This document shows, piece by piece, positions 10,061 to 20,113 of a DNA stretch of 64,000 bases. Under the pieces are notes generated by a model. That model had not been told where the DNA came from, did not search any database, and saw only the letters and a program-made list of their open reading frames with translations. The stretch comes from Dehalococcoides mccartyi. GTDB taxonomy: Bacteria > Chloroflexota > Dehalococcoidia > GIF9 > DYGU01. The translations under genes and the position numbers were made by a program. Location of the stretch: the NCBI GenBank assembly GCA_020724525.1, contig DYGU01000007.1, positions 1,435 through 65,434 on the forward strand, written 5' to 3'. Each line of letters opens with the position of its first letter. The first letter of the stretch is position 1.

Positions 10061-11244
10061 TAAAATACCAAGCTCCCTCCAGGAATATCTTCGGTGATTA
10101 TTTTCATCCCTTTTATCCGAGTGCCAACACCGAGAGAAATTCCGGCATAGATGACTATATTGTCTTCCAGTCCGCAGTAGTCGCCTATCAAGGCACCTAA
10201 TTTGACCCGGTGACTTTCTCCACTTATTGTTACAGTAATCTCCCGGCTCCGGGTAATAAAGCCATTACCTATGGTGCTTCCTGGGGCAATGATGGAGTCC
10301 TGGATATTACAGTTAGAGCCAATGGTTACCTGATTACCAATAACACTATTCTTAATCTGGCAGAAAGGCGAGATGATTACGTTATCGCCGATGCTGGTGA
10401 AGGGAAAGATGCAAGTGCTTGGTCCAATTTCACAGTTATCACCGATAGCTATAGGACCAGCAAGATAGCTATTGGCTCTGATAGTGGTTCCCTTTCCTAT
10501 AGATGCTTTGCCTTTTATAGTAGTGCCGCCTTCGACAATGCCTCCAGTGCTGGCGGAAATTCTGGTTAACATCATTTCATTGAGAAGTAGAATATCCCAG
10601 GGGTAAACAGCATCAAGCCAGGTAGCTTTTGTTTCAAGAGCTGTGAAGTTATAGCCCTGGTCAATCATTTTCTGGATGGCTTGAGGCAGGTTAGTTTCCT
10701 GTTCGGTGAAGGGAAATATGTCACGATTAAGGGCGTAAATACCCGTATTTACTAAGTAACCTATCTTTGCTTCTGGTTTCTCTACAATCCTGGTTACCTT
10801 ACCTTGTTCTACTATTACCACTCCATATTGGGATACGTTTTCCTGACTTTTGACCACAATAGTATTGGTTGGTGTGGTGAGGAGGGGGAGAATAGTATCG
10901 ACTTCGATGATGTTGTCACCGGGGAGGACTAAAAAACAGGGGTTAGCCATATCTCTGGCTTGCTTCAAGGCATCAGCAGTGCCTATTTGGGTCTTCTGGA
11001 TAATATACTTAATATCGACACCAAAATTTTTACCTGAACCGAAGCAGTCTTGTATTTCTCCCTTTCGGTAGCCGATGACCATAATTACATTTCGTACACC
11101 AGCTTGGGCTAAGGCTTCAACTATATAAAGCAGGATAGGCTTATTGGCAATGGGGAGCATAACCTTGGGTCTGAGGCTGGTGAAGGGTCTCAACCGTTGT
11201 CCTTCCCCGGCGGCTAAAATTATGGCTTGGTCTATTCTTTCCAT
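10060..11244 (-). CDS. Bifunctional sugar-1-phosphate nucleotidyltransferase/acetyltransferase (archaeal GlmU-like paralog)
   Basis: ILAAGEGQRLRPFT..PKVMLP NTP-transferase domain plus C-terminal hexapeptide repeats. Confidence 0.88.
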   Translation of the reverse strand: MERIDQAIILAAGEGQRLRPFTSLRPKVMLPIANKPILLYIVEALAQAGVRNVIMVIGYRKGEIQDCFGSGKNFGVDIKYIIQKTQIGTADALKQARDMANPCFLVLPGDNIIEVDTILPLLTTPTNTIVVKSQENVSQYGVVIVEQGKVTRIVEKPEAKIGYLVNTGIYALNRDIFPFTEQETNLPQAIQKMIDQGYNFTALETKATWLDAVYPWDILLLNEMMLTRISASTGGIVEGGTTIKGKASIGKGTTIRANSYLAGPIAIGDNCEIGPSTCIFPFTSIGDNVIISPFCQIKNSVIGNQVTIGSNCNIQDSIIAPGSTIGNGFITRSREITVTISGESHRVKLGALIGDYCGLEDNIVIYAGISLGVGTRIKGMKIITEDIPGGSLVF

Positions 11245-11253
11245 CTCATCCTT

Positions 11254-12456
11254 TCAAAATATTCTTGAGCTGGGTGATATTACCCCACTGACTATGGCTC
11301 CGGGACCGATAAAGCTATCGTTACCGATGACAGTGCCGGCGTTAATAGAAGCATTGATTCCGGTCTGGACTCTGTCGCCAATTATAGCCCCTAACTTCCG
11401 TCTGCCGGTATCTATATCCATCACCTTTATGCTTTTGCCGTCAAAACGGAGATTGGCGATTTTAGTGCCGGCACCAAAATTACACTCCTCACCAATAATG
11501 CTGTCGCCAATATAATTATGGTGAGGAATTTTGGTATTACTCATTATAATAGAATTTTTAATTTCTACCATACTGCCGATATGGCAATTATCCCCGATAG
11601 TTGTGCTTGGACGAAGATAGCAGTAGGGTCCGATATAACACTGCTCACCGATAATGACTGGTCCTTCAATGTATGAGTTAGCTTTTATGTGAGCACCTTT
11701 GCCTATAGAGACCTCCCCTTTTATAGTTACATTGTCTTCTACTTCACCCAGATTTGCAGCTTTTAGGTCAGATAGGAATGACTCATTAGCTTCAAGTAAG
11801 TCCCAGGGGTAAGTCAGGTCAAGCCAGTAATTGATAAATTGATAGCCTATGGGGTAGCCCTGGTCTATCAAATATTGCAAGGCATCGGTAAGTTCATACT
11901 CGCCGCGAGGTGATGGTGGGACATTTATAATGGCGGGAAAGATGTCTTGAGTAAGCATATATAGACCAGTATTAACTAACCGTGAGGGTGGTTTTGGCAC
12001 TTTTTCGTAGATTCGGCGGATTCTGTTACCCTTTAGTTCCACTACACCTAAATCAGCCGGATTATCTACCTCGGTTAAAGTCAGGGTAATCTTATCGGCA
12101 GCCATTAACTGACGAATATCTTCTGACTTAACTATGATATCACCATTGGCTACCAGAAATTTGCCATCAATTCTGCCTTCAGCCCTTTCCACAGCATGCC
12201 CTGTGCCCAGTTGCTGCTTTTGAGTAATATATTCTATGCTCACTCCCCATTTAGCGCCATCATCAAAATAGTTACGGACAGTTTCCGCGTAATAGCCGAC
12301 AACGAAAAGGAATTCAGTGATGCCGGCTTTTTTCATTTCCAGAAGCAGGTGCTCCAGAATGGGTTTATTAGCCAAAGGTAGCATAACTTTAGGGCGGGTA
12401 TAGGTAAGGGGATGCATCCTTTCCCCTTCACCAGCGGCTAAGATAACTGCTTTCAT
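11254..12456 (-). CDS. glmU: Archaeal-type bifunctional GlmU (nucleotidyltransferase/acetyltransferase)
   Basis: MKAVILAAGEG, SPRGEYELTD, YPWDLL, H.NYIGDS, NFGAGTKIANLR, TGRRKLGA; operon with glmS. Confidence 0.85.
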   Translation of the reverse strand: MKAVILAAGEGERMHPLTYTRPKVMLPLANKPILEHLLLEMKKAGITEFLFVVGYYAETVRNYFDDGAKWGVSIEYITQKQQLGTGHAVERAEGRIDGKFLVANGDIIVKSEDIRQLMAADKITLTLTEVDNPADLGVVELKGNRIRRIYEKVPKPPSRLVNTGLYMLTQDIFPAIINVPPSPRGEYELTDALQYLIDQGYPIGYQFINYWLDLTYPWDLLEANESFLSDLKAANLGEVEDNVTIKGEVSIGKGAHIKANSYIEGPVIIGEQCYIGPYCYLRPSTTIGDNCHIGSMVEIKNSIIMSNTKIPHHNYIGDSIIGEECNFGAGTKIANLRFDGKSIKVMDIDTGRRKLGAIIGDRVQTGINASINAGTVIGNDSFIGPGAIVSGVISPSSRIF

Positions 12457-12515
12457 TTCCCCCGCTAAGTCTATATTTTGGCTTCATTATATAATAAAAT
12501 AACCCTGAGCAACAT

Positions 12516-12544
12516 GTAGGGCGAGGCGACCTTAAAAGGTTGCC
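12516..12544 (+). repeat. Degenerate GTAG-type palindromic repeat
   Basis: GTAGGGCGAGGCGACCTTAAAAGGTTGCC resembles the GCGACCCTGAAGGGTCGC hairpin at 25046 and 38787. Confidence 0.5.
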
Positions 12545-12606
12545 TTTACAACTCCCCATCTCTTATCTATAATGGCACAGTTTGTGCAAGGGAAGGGTCG
12601 GGCAGA

Positions 12607-14118
12607 ATGACTCTGGGTAGTACTCCTAATCGGCAACTTATTGAGAATATTTTAGCTCCCGTAGCTTCTTTCCTTAAGGAGCAGAACGGTCAGGCGTATC
12701 TCGTTGGTGGCTTTGTCCGGGACTGGCTTCTGGGGAAGGATACCGCGGACATAGATGTTGCTATAGCAGGTGATGTCCTAAAGACAGGCCGGAAAGTAGC
12801 CGCTGCGGTCCAGGGCAAATATATGGTGCTGGACAAGACAAATCGAGTAGTCAGAATAATAGTAGACAGAGACAGAGAGATAAAGCGGTGGCAAATAGAT
12901 TTTTCGCCCTTCGCTGTTAGCATTGAGGAAGATTTGAGGCGGCGGGACTTCACTATAAATGCCATAGCCATTGACTTAGACGAGTTCATTCAGAAGGGCA
13001 AGGAAGTCAGGCTTATTGACCCTTTTGGTGGTGAACGGGACTTAAAGAAGGGATTGGTGCGAGCGGTTAATGGGCAGGTATTTGAAGCTGACCCGGTCAG
13101 GCTATTGCGGGCAGTACGCCTGGCAGCCGAGTATGATTTTAAGATTGAGGAGAACACGGAAGATTTAATCCGAGGCTATTGCCAGCTAATTGGTAATATG
13201 CCCGGGGAACGGATTAGAGAGGAGTTATTGAGGTTGTTGGCTTTGCCTGCTGCTGGCAATTTTATTGGCTATCTGGACAAATTGGGTTTGCTTTTGGCAC
13301 TGTTTCCAGAATTAGCCGAAAGTAAAGGAGTAAAACAACCCAGGGAGCATTTCTGGGATGTTTTTGATCACTCCGTAGAGACAGTGGCTGCTGCAGAATA
13401 TTTATTAAAGGAAAGGGACTGGCGCTATGTTGACGAGGACTTATTAACAACAGCTCCGTGGTCGAAAGTGATCAAAGAGCATTTTGCTCAGGAGGTTTCC
13501 AAAGGTAGCAACCGGAGAATGATGCTCAAGTTAGCTGGACTGCTTCATGATGTGGCTAAGCCAAAAACAAAAACGGTGGCTGATAACGGGAAAGTGCATT
13601 TTTTGGGGCATGCTAAGGAAGGAGCGGCTATAGCTGTAACTATTCTGGAGAGGATGCGTTTTAGCAGTAAAGAAATTAAATTGGTGGAGACCCTAATCTA
13701 TCATCATCTCCGTCCGGCTCAGATGACAGATAAGGAATTGCCGACCCACCGGGCTATCTACCGTTACTTCCGGGATACGGGAGGTGCTGGCATTGATGTT
13801 TTATTCCTGGCTTTAGCTGACTACTTGGCTACCCGCGGATCTGAGGTCGACCTTGAGGAGTGGCGCCATCATTGCCAACTGATTAATTATATTCTTGGAG
13901 AGCATTTTAAAGAGAGGGAAGCGCCGCCACCTCGGCTTATTACGGGGCATGATTTAATGAATATTTTTGGCTTAACTCCGGGAAGAGAGATTGGTAAACT
14001 GCTGGAAATAGTAGGGGAAGCCCAAGCTGCCGGGGAGGTGACTAATCGGGAAGAGGCCTTAGCTTTAGTAGAAAGACTGCTTCACTGCGCTCGCAATAAG
14101 AACCGGACAATTGCTTAA
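12607..14118 (+). CDS. CCA tRNA nucleotidyltransferase / poly(A) polymerase family with HD domain
   Basis: YLVGGFVRD, DID, DLRRRDFTINA, DPVRLLRAVR, ERIREE, LLHDVAK. Confidence 0.92.
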   Translation: MTLGSTPNRQLIENILAPVASFLKEQNGQAYLVGGFVRDWLLGKDTADIDVAIAGDVLKTGRKVAAAVQGKYMVLDKTNRVVRIIVDRDREIKRWQIDFSPFAVSIEEDLRRRDFTINAIAIDLDEFIQKGKEVRLIDPFGGERDLKKGLVRAVNGQVFEADPVRLLRAVRLAAEYDFKIEENTEDLIRGYCQLIGNMPGERIREELLRLLALPAAGNFIGYLDKLGLLLALFPELAESKGVKQPREHFWDVFDHSVETVAAAEYLLKERDWRYVDEDLLTTAPWSKVIKEHFAQEVSKGSNRRMMLKLAGLLHDVAKPKTKTVADNGKVHFLGHAKEGAAIAVTILERMRFSSKEIKLVETLIYHHLRPAQMTDKELPTHRAIYRYFRDTGGAGIDVLFLALADYLATRGSEVDLEEWRHHCQLINYILGEHFKEREAPPPRLITGHDLMNIFGLTPGREIGKLLEIVGEAQAAGEVTNREEALALVERLLHCARNKNRTIA

Positions 14119-14131
14119 CAATCTTAATCCT

Positions 14132-14165
14132 CCTCCCCCTTGACGGGAGAGGATAGAGGTGAGGG
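14132..14165 (+). repeat. REP-like palindrome, left flank of DUF559 gene
   Basis: CCTCCCCCTTGACGGGAGAGGATAGAGGTGAGGG; inverted counterpart at 14507-14540. Confidence 0.8.
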
Positions 14166-14175
14166 CGAACAACTA

Positions 14176-14648
14176 ATGAGAAAAATAAGAAATTTAGCCA
14201 AGAATCTTAGAAGACGACCTACTGATGCGGAAAATTATCTCTGGAGATTTTTAAGAGGTAGGCAGCTGGCAGGTTTAAATTTCGGCGGCAAGAACCAATA
14301 GGTAGATACATCGTGGATTTTGTAAATTATGAGAGAAAATTGGTGATAGAATTAGATGGTGGACAACACAGTGTTTACAAGGAAAAAGATAAAGAAAGGG
14401 ATGAGTGGTTAAAAAGTCAAGGATATGAAGTGTTGAGATTTTGGGATAATGAGATCTTGAAGAATAAAGAAGTTGTGTTAGAAATCGTGAGGGGAAAACT
14501 TTTGACCCCTCACCCCAACCCTCTCCCACAAAGGGAGAGGATAAAAACAGATTACCAGGCTGCGCTCGTAACAGAGATTGCCACGCCTTCTACACCCAGC
14601 CGAATCTTTGATTCGGCTGGGAACCCGGGGTCCCCACAAAATCTATGA
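14176..14648 (+). pseudogene. DUF559 / Vsr-like endonuclease with a single-base frameshift
   Basis: MRKIRNLAKNLRRRPTDAENYLWRFLRGRQLAGL|FRRQEPIGRYIVDF..KLVIELDGGQH..RDEWLKSQGYEVLRFWDNE; one base missing near 14278. Confidence 0.85.
14507..14540 (-). repeat. REP-like palindrome, right flank of DUF559 gene (inverted)
   Basis: CCCTCACCCCAACCCTCTCCCACAAAGGGAGAGG; reverse complement matches 14132-14165. Confidence 0.8.
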
Positions 14649-14679
14649 TTTTGTGGGATGTTTTCGGTTCGCAATGACA
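14573..14679 (+). repeat. Composite multi-hairpin repeat, copy 1
   Basis: Near-identical to 38854-38960; two internal hairpins; ends CGCAATGACA. Confidence 0.85.
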
Positions 14680-14704
14680 CAAAGACGAGTTTAGGGAAAA
14701 TCCA

Positions 14705-16003
14705 ATGAGGCGGAATATTTATTTATTAATTTTTATTTTGCTCTTTTTTGGTTTTGCCCTGTGGACGATAATGCCTCTGGACAGGGAGGTGCTGGGCAGA
14801 AAGGGCTTACTTTTGGGACTTGACCTCAAGGGTGGCAGCCATCTAGTCTATGAGGCTGACCTGACTAAAAAAGATCCAGCCCAGACGGATACTGAGGTTA
14901 TGGAGGGGGTTAAGCAGAAAATTGAGCGACGGGTTAATGCCTATGGGGTTACCGAGCCAATAATCCAGCGTCAGGGGACTGACCGGATTCTGGTCCAGCT
15001 TCCCGGGGTAAAGGATATTGATGAGGCTATCAAGCTCATTGGACAAACAGCTCAGCTCGATTTTCGGGAACACGAGCCGGGTGATAAGGGTGAGCCAGAA
15101 TGGGTTATTGCTAAGGGTATTGGGGAGGGTGGAAAGGAAAGGGAGCTGACGGGTAAATATTTTAAACCTAATGCAACGGTAGTTTTAGACCCGCGGACTA
15201 ATGAACCGCAGATAGCCTTTGAATGGAATCCGGAAGGGGCAGTCCTTTTTGAGCAAGTCACCAAGAGAAATCTGAATAAGCCCCTGGGAATTTTTCTGGA
15301 CAATGAGCTTATTTCGGCACCTATAGTCAAGGCGGTAATTAAAGAAAAGGGAATTATTGAGGGGTTGACTATTGAGGAAGCCCGAAGGTTGGCTATTCAA
15401 CTCAATTCTGGTGCCCTTGATGTGCCGTTGAAAATAATCCAGCAGATGGATGTAGATGCTACGCTGGGGGCTGATTCTATTAAGAAGAGTTTGTTAGCCG
15501 GGAAGATTGGGTTAGCTCTGGTAATGCTTTTTATGCTCACTTATTATCGGGTGCCTGGATTTATTGCCTGTCTGGCTCTGGGGATTTACGGGGGCTTAGT
15601 GCTAACTACTTTTAAATTAATTCCGGTGGTGTTGACTTTACCTGGTATTGCTGGTTTTATTGTATCTTTGGGTATGGCGGTGGATGCTAATGTGCTTATT
15701 TTTGAGAGGCTAAAAGAAGAGTTAAGAGTTGGGCGTCCCCTGGAAGCTGCCGTAGAAGAAGGTTTTCGGCGAGCCTGGACAGCTATCCGGGATAGTAATA
15801 TCACGACCTTTATTGCCTGCGCTGTCCTTTACTGGCTTGGCGGTACTTTTGGTGCCTTTATGGTCCGGGGGTTCGCCATTACTTTGTTTATCGGTGTTGC
15901 TTTAAGTATGTTTACGGCTATTACTGTCAGCCGCACTTTTCTTCGTATATTAGCCGGTAGCCATTGGGTAACCAGTCCAGCCGCTTATGGAGTGTTGAAA
16001 TGA
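14705..16003 (+). CDS. secD: Protein translocase subunit SecD
   Basis: LGLDLKGG, RVNAYGVTEP, VQLPG, GMAVDANVLIFER, DSNITT. Confidence 0.96.
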   Translation: MRRNIYLLIFILLFFGFALWTIMPLDREVLGRKGLLLGLDLKGGSHLVYEADLTKKDPAQTDTEVMEGVKQKIERRVNAYGVTEPIIQRQGTDRILVQLPGVKDIDEAIKLIGQTAQLDFREHEPGDKGEPEWVIAKGIGEGGKERELTGKYFKPNATVVLDPRTNEPQIAFEWNPEGAVLFEQVTKRNLNKPLGIFLDNELISAPIVKAVIKEKGIIEGLTIEEARRLAIQLNSGALDVPLKIIQQMDVDATLGADSIKKSLLAGKIGLALVMLFMLTYYRVPGFIACLALGIYGGLVLTTFKLIPVVLTLPGIAGFIVSLGMAVDANVLIFERLKEELRVGRPLEAAVEEGFRRAWTAIRDSNITTFIACAVLYWLGGTFGAFMVRGFAITLFIGVALSMFTAITVSRTFLRILAGSHWVTSPAAYGVLK

Positions 16004-16917
16004 TGGATATAGTGGGTAAAAGGTTCTGGTTTTTTCTGATTTCAGTTTTGGTACTTGTCCCGGGCATAGTCTCCCTAATTATCTTTGGGCTTAAGCCTGG
16101 GGTTGACTTTAGCAGTGGCACAGCTATGACTCTAAGCCTGGAAAAGCCCATGGAACTGGGTTTATTGCGTCAAGAATTCGCCAGGCTGGGCTATGACAAA
16201 GCTATGATTCAGCGTACCAAAGAGGAGGCTTTCTTTGTCCGGCTCCGGGAAATATCGCTTGAGGAAAGAGAAAAACTAATTGACGGTTTAGCCGAAAATA
16301 CAGGGAGTAAAGTCACCGTCCTTGACTATTATAGTGTGTCTCCGATCATAGGTATGGAGACAGTCCGCAATGCAGCTATTGCCGTTATTATAGCTTCAAT
16401 AGGTATTCTGCTTTATATTTCCTGGGCATTTCGCCGGATGCCTAAGCCGCTTCGCTGGGGCACCTGTGCCATTGTAGCTTTACTCCACGTTGTTGCGGTA
16501 ATTATGGGAATTTTTTCTATTTTGGGCTGGGTCAGGGGAGTGGAGGTAGATGCTTTGTTTATTACCGGGGTGCTGGCGGTCGTCGGCTATAGTGTTAATA
16601 ATATTGTAGTTGTTTTTGACCGCATTCGGGAGAACATAAGTAAGGGAATAAGCCGTAACTTTGAAGTAACGGTCAACTCAAGCATTCTGGAGACGCTGAG
16701 TCGGTCTTTAAATACCAGCCTAACAACTCTTCTGGTTATAGTAGCTCTGTATCTTTTTGGCGGGGTAACGATCCGATATTTTGTTTTAGTGCTTCTTATT
16801 GGTGTTGTTGCCGGGACTTACAGCTCACTATGCAACGCCGGGCAACTCCTGGTGGTATGGGAGAAGGGTGAGTGGGGTAGATTTGTTTCCTGGCTGCCAT
16901 TTACTCGCCGAGGGTAA
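16000..16917 (+). CDS. secF: Protein translocase subunit SecF
   Basis: GVDFSSGT, GYSVNNIVVVFDRIRE, RSLNTS, GTYSS; ATG overlaps the secD stop. Confidence 0.95.
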   Translation: MMDIVGKRFWFFLISVLVLVPGIVSLIIFGLKPGVDFSSGTAMTLSLEKPMELGLLRQEFARLGYDKAMIQRTKEEAFFVRLREISLEEREKLIDGLAENTGSKVTVLDYYSVSPIIGMETVRNAAIAVIIASIGILLYISWAFRRMPKPLRWGTCAIVALLHVVAVIMGIFSILGWVRGVEVDALFITGVLAVVGYSVNNIVVVFDRIRENISKGISRNFEVTVNSSILETLSRSLNTSLTTLLVIVALYLFGGVTIRYFVLVLLIGVVAGTYSSLCNAGQLLVVWEKGEWGRFVSWLPFTRRG

Positions 16918-16959
16918 GCTCCTCTCTCAACCTCTCTTTGGCTATTTCAAGAAGCCCTC

Positions 16960-17070
16960 CCTTTTCCTCAATAGCAAATTCTTTACCAAAAATTTTCCCT
17001 ATTTTATTTGTTGCCTTCAAACCACTGCCAGTTAAAATTACCACATTAGTTTTGCTCTCCCCTACTAATG
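16960..17070 (-). pseudogene. Probable threonine synthase C-terminal remnant
   Basis: TNVVILTGSGLKATNKI matches the PLP fold-II ThrC C-terminal VvvlTGxGLK motif; no N-terminal part; limits approximate. Confidence 0.45.
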
Positions 17071-17210
17071 AAAAGGGCTTGATAAAGGTGGTAAAATTTA
17101 TTAGCCAATTCAAGCTAACCTCCCAGCAAAGGGGGTGGGAATGGGATAAGTTGATTGGGCAAAATAAGGACGCTAAACCGTGACAACCAAATCCTTTTTG
17201 GAGGGAGATT

Positions 17211-18842
17211 ATGAATGGAATATTGTTCATAGTAGTGGCTGTGGCACTTTTTTACCTGAGTTATCGTTTTTATGCTAAATTCCTATCTGAAAAAATCTGG
17301 AAGTTAGACCCTAAGGCGGTTACCCCGGCTCACCAGTTCAATGATGGGTTCGAACATGTCCCATCCAGGACGTCCGTGGTTTGGGGACATCACTTCGCCT
17401 CGATAGCTGGTGCCGGTCCAATACTGGGTCCAATAATCGCTGCCATCTGGGGTTGGTTGCCCGGTCTGATTTGGATCGTACTCGGCACGGTATTCATGGG
17501 AGCGGTTAAGGATATCGGCGCGCTGGTGACTTCTCTCAGACACCAGGGCAGGGGAATTGCCGATTACCTGAAAGATTTGATCGGGCCTAGGGCTACGCAA
17601 CTATTTTACGCAGTGGTATTTTTTTTGTTGGTTTTAGTTGTCGCGGTATTTATCCACGTAATTGCCACATTTATTTCAAAGTTCCCACACGCAGTGTGGT
17701 CCGTCTGGACTGAGATACCTTTGGCAATAGTCATAGGCTGCATAGCCTACTATAAATGGAGGGTGAACCTGATCGCGTCAGCGCTTTTGGCAGTAGCGAT
17801 AATGTATGCTTTTATTTGGGTGGGGGTTAAGTGGCCTCTACCTGTAACATACTGGGGTTGGGTAATCATTCTGCTTGCTTATATACTCATCGCTGCTCGT
17901 TTGCCGGTCTGGCTCTTGGTTCAACCAAGGGATTACATCAATGGTATTCAACTGTTCATTGCCCTCGGAATCCTTACTATAGGAATATTTGCTTTGGGTG
18001 GGGCGGCACAGGTAGCTGCTCCGGCGATTAGGGTCGCGCCCCCGGGGGCACCACCAATCTGGCCATTCGTGATGATAACCATTGCCTGCGGCGCTATGTC
18101 TGGATTTCATTCAATAGTAGGTAGTGGGACCACGCCCAAACAACTCGATAAAGAACCAGATGCCAAACCCGTTGCCTATGGTGGGATGCTCGCTGAGGGT
18201 TGGCTCGCCGTAATAGCTCTGCTTACCGCGGTTGTGGGTTTGGGTGCAGCTGGCTATGCGAAATTTTATGATAAGTGGGGAGCTGCCGTTTGGCCAACGA
18301 TATGGGCTGAAGGAGGCAAGACGTTTTTGGCACCTTTGGGAATACCCGCAGTGTATGCGACAGCATTTATGACGGTAGTCGTGGTCAGTTTTGCCCTGAC
18401 AACTTTAGATTCAGCGACGAGATTCACTCGAATAGTTGTCGCTGAAAGCGCCAGGACTTTTAACTGGCCTAAGATACTACAAGAAAGGACCCTTCCCTTA
18501 CTCATCGGATTTGCAGTGGTCGTAGGACTGGTAGCCACAAAATATCAAATGGAACTCTGGCCGCTGTTTGGTTCCGCAAACCAAATTTTGGGTGGACTAT
18601 CATTGCTGGCAGCTGCAGTTTTCCTATGGAAGCTTGGAAGAGGAAACTTATATTACATCATACCTTTCATCATAGCCATATTAACCTCGATGACAGCCAT
18701 GGCTTACATGGTGGTAGCCACGTGGATTCCAAAAGGACAATGGGTTCTTGTCGTGATTGGCTCTGCGATTTTCTTATGTGCTCTAGGAGTAGTCATATTA
18801 GCTTATCAAACATGGAGGGCTAAAGCCAAGGGACCTGCTTAA
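17211..18842 (+). CDS. cstA: Carbon starvation protein A (peptide/pyruvate transporter)
   Basis: TPAH..NDG, GHHFASIAGAGPILGP, LPVWLLVQPRDYIN, ITIACGAMSGFH, TTLDSATR, LWPLFGSANQ. Confidence 0.95.
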   Translation: MNGILFIVVAVALFYLSYRFYAKFLSEKIWKLDPKAVTPAHQFNDGFEHVPSRTSVVWGHHFASIAGAGPILGPIIAAIWGWLPGLIWIVLGTVFMGAVKDIGALVTSLRHQGRGIADYLKDLIGPRATQLFYAVVFFLLVLVVAVFIHVIATFISKFPHAVWSVWTEIPLAIVIGCIAYYKWRVNLIASALLAVAIMYAFIWVGVKWPLPVTYWGWVIILLAYILIAARLPVWLLVQPRDYINGIQLFIALGILTIGIFALGGAAQVAAPAIRVAPPGAPPIWPFVMITIACGAMSGFHSIVGSGTTPKQLDKEPDAKPVAYGGMLAEGWLAVIALLTAVVGLGAAGYAKFYDKWGAAVWPTIWAEGGKTFLAPLGIPAVYATAFMTVVVVSFALTTLDSATRFTRIVVAESARTFNWPKILQERTLPLLIGFAVVVGLVATKYQMELWPLFGSANQILGGLSLLAAAVFLWKLGRGNLYYIIPFIIAILTSMTAMAYMVVATWIPKGQWVLVVIGSAIFLCALGVVILAYQTWRAKAKGPA

Positions 18843-19069
18843 AAGTGTCTAATCATCTTAAAAAAGATCGATAATGGGCTTCGGGCAATTTTACTTAGGA
18901 TAGTCCTCATGCTTTATTATGCTCAAGTAAATTGGCTAACGGCAAACTTCATAGACTGTGCCAAGCGATTTTGGTTTTTCATAGCATCTACCAGGCTACG
19001 AAAGTCATGCTATGATAGAACCGTCATCCATATGGACTGGTAGCGACAATTCCCCAGGCACATACTACA

Positions 19070-20113
19070 CTACCAAGCCTTTAAGTGGTGCGTTTCCTTC
19101 ACCAGCTTAAGGAAGTTACCGAAGCCAAGAGGTTTTCTGAGTTTCTGTTGGCTTCCCAGAGGGTCTGTAATCTGACGACTGTCCAGGAGGACTTCCAGAG
19201 TAGCGACTATTGATGAAGCCAGAGCCTGATGGTGATAACCACCTTCCAGGGCAAAAATGAGACGCCCGAGACATAATTTTGTGGCTAAGTTTTTTAATAC
19301 CCGCACCATACCAGCAAAACCGGAAACGCTGACCTGCATCAAGGCGATACTATCAGCCCAGTGGGCATCATAGCCAGCTGAGACTAAAATGAGCTGGGGC
19401 TGATAGCGCTCGGCTACCGGCACCAGGACTTCCTGAAATACCTGCAGGTATTCATCGTCGCCCCAGCCAGCTAAAAGGGGCACATTCACGGTGGTTCCTT
19501 CTCCATTACCGCTGCCGATTTCATTAATGCTTCCAGTGCCGGGGTAAAGGGGATACTGGTGGATAGAGAAGTAAAGGACACGAGGGTCGGTATAGAAAGT
19601 ATCCTGAGTCCCGTTGCCATGATGGACATCGAAGTCAACTATGAGAATACGCTTTATATTATCGAAGTTAGACAAGACAAATCGGGCAGCCACGGCGATA
19701 TTGTTGAATAGACAAAAACCCATAGCCTGCCAACAGGTAGCGTGGTGTCCCGGAGGTCTGACCATGGCAAAGGCGCTATCAGCCTGATTTGTCATAACAG
19801 CTTCAACGGCTTGAAGTGCTCCCCCGGCGGCATAAAGGGCTACCTCATAGGAAGCGGAGGAAATTACCGTGTCAGCATCAAGCCAGCCCCCACCCTTCTG
19901 GGCACGGTTTCGAACATAGGAAATATACTCCAGGGCATGAACTAAAGACAGTTCCTCTACTGTGGCCGGACGTGGCAGCAACAGCAAAATTCTGTTTTTA
20001 AGCCTGGTTTCCTCAAGTAGAGACATAGTAGTGGTGAGTCTCTGTGGGTTTTCGACATGGGCACCGGTCTGGTGCTCCAGATAAATTGGGTCGTAAACCA
20101 GGGCTACTTTCAC
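19070..20113 (-). CDS. Histone deacetylase-family (AcuC/AphA-like) deacetylase
   Basis: RPPGHHA, GFCLFNN, DFDVHHGNGTQ, SAGYDAH, LEGGY; likely GTG start at 20113. Confidence 0.93.
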   Translation of the reverse strand: MKVALVYDPIYLEHQTGAHVENPQRLTTTMSLLEETRLKNRILLLLPRPATVEELSLVHALEYISYVRNRAQKGGGWLDADTVISSASYEVALYAAGGALQAVEAVMTNQADSAFAMVRPPGHHATCWQAMGFCLFNNIAVAARFVLSNFDNIKRILIVDFDVHHGNGTQDTFYTDPRVLYFSIHQYPLYPGTGSINEIGSGNGEGTTVNVPLLAGWGDDEYLQVFQEVLVPVAERYQPQLILVSAGYDAHWADSIALMQVSVSGFAGMVRVLKNLATKLCLGRLIFALEGGYHHQALASSIVATLEVLLDSRQITDPLGSQQKLRKPLGFGNFLKLVKETHHLKAW

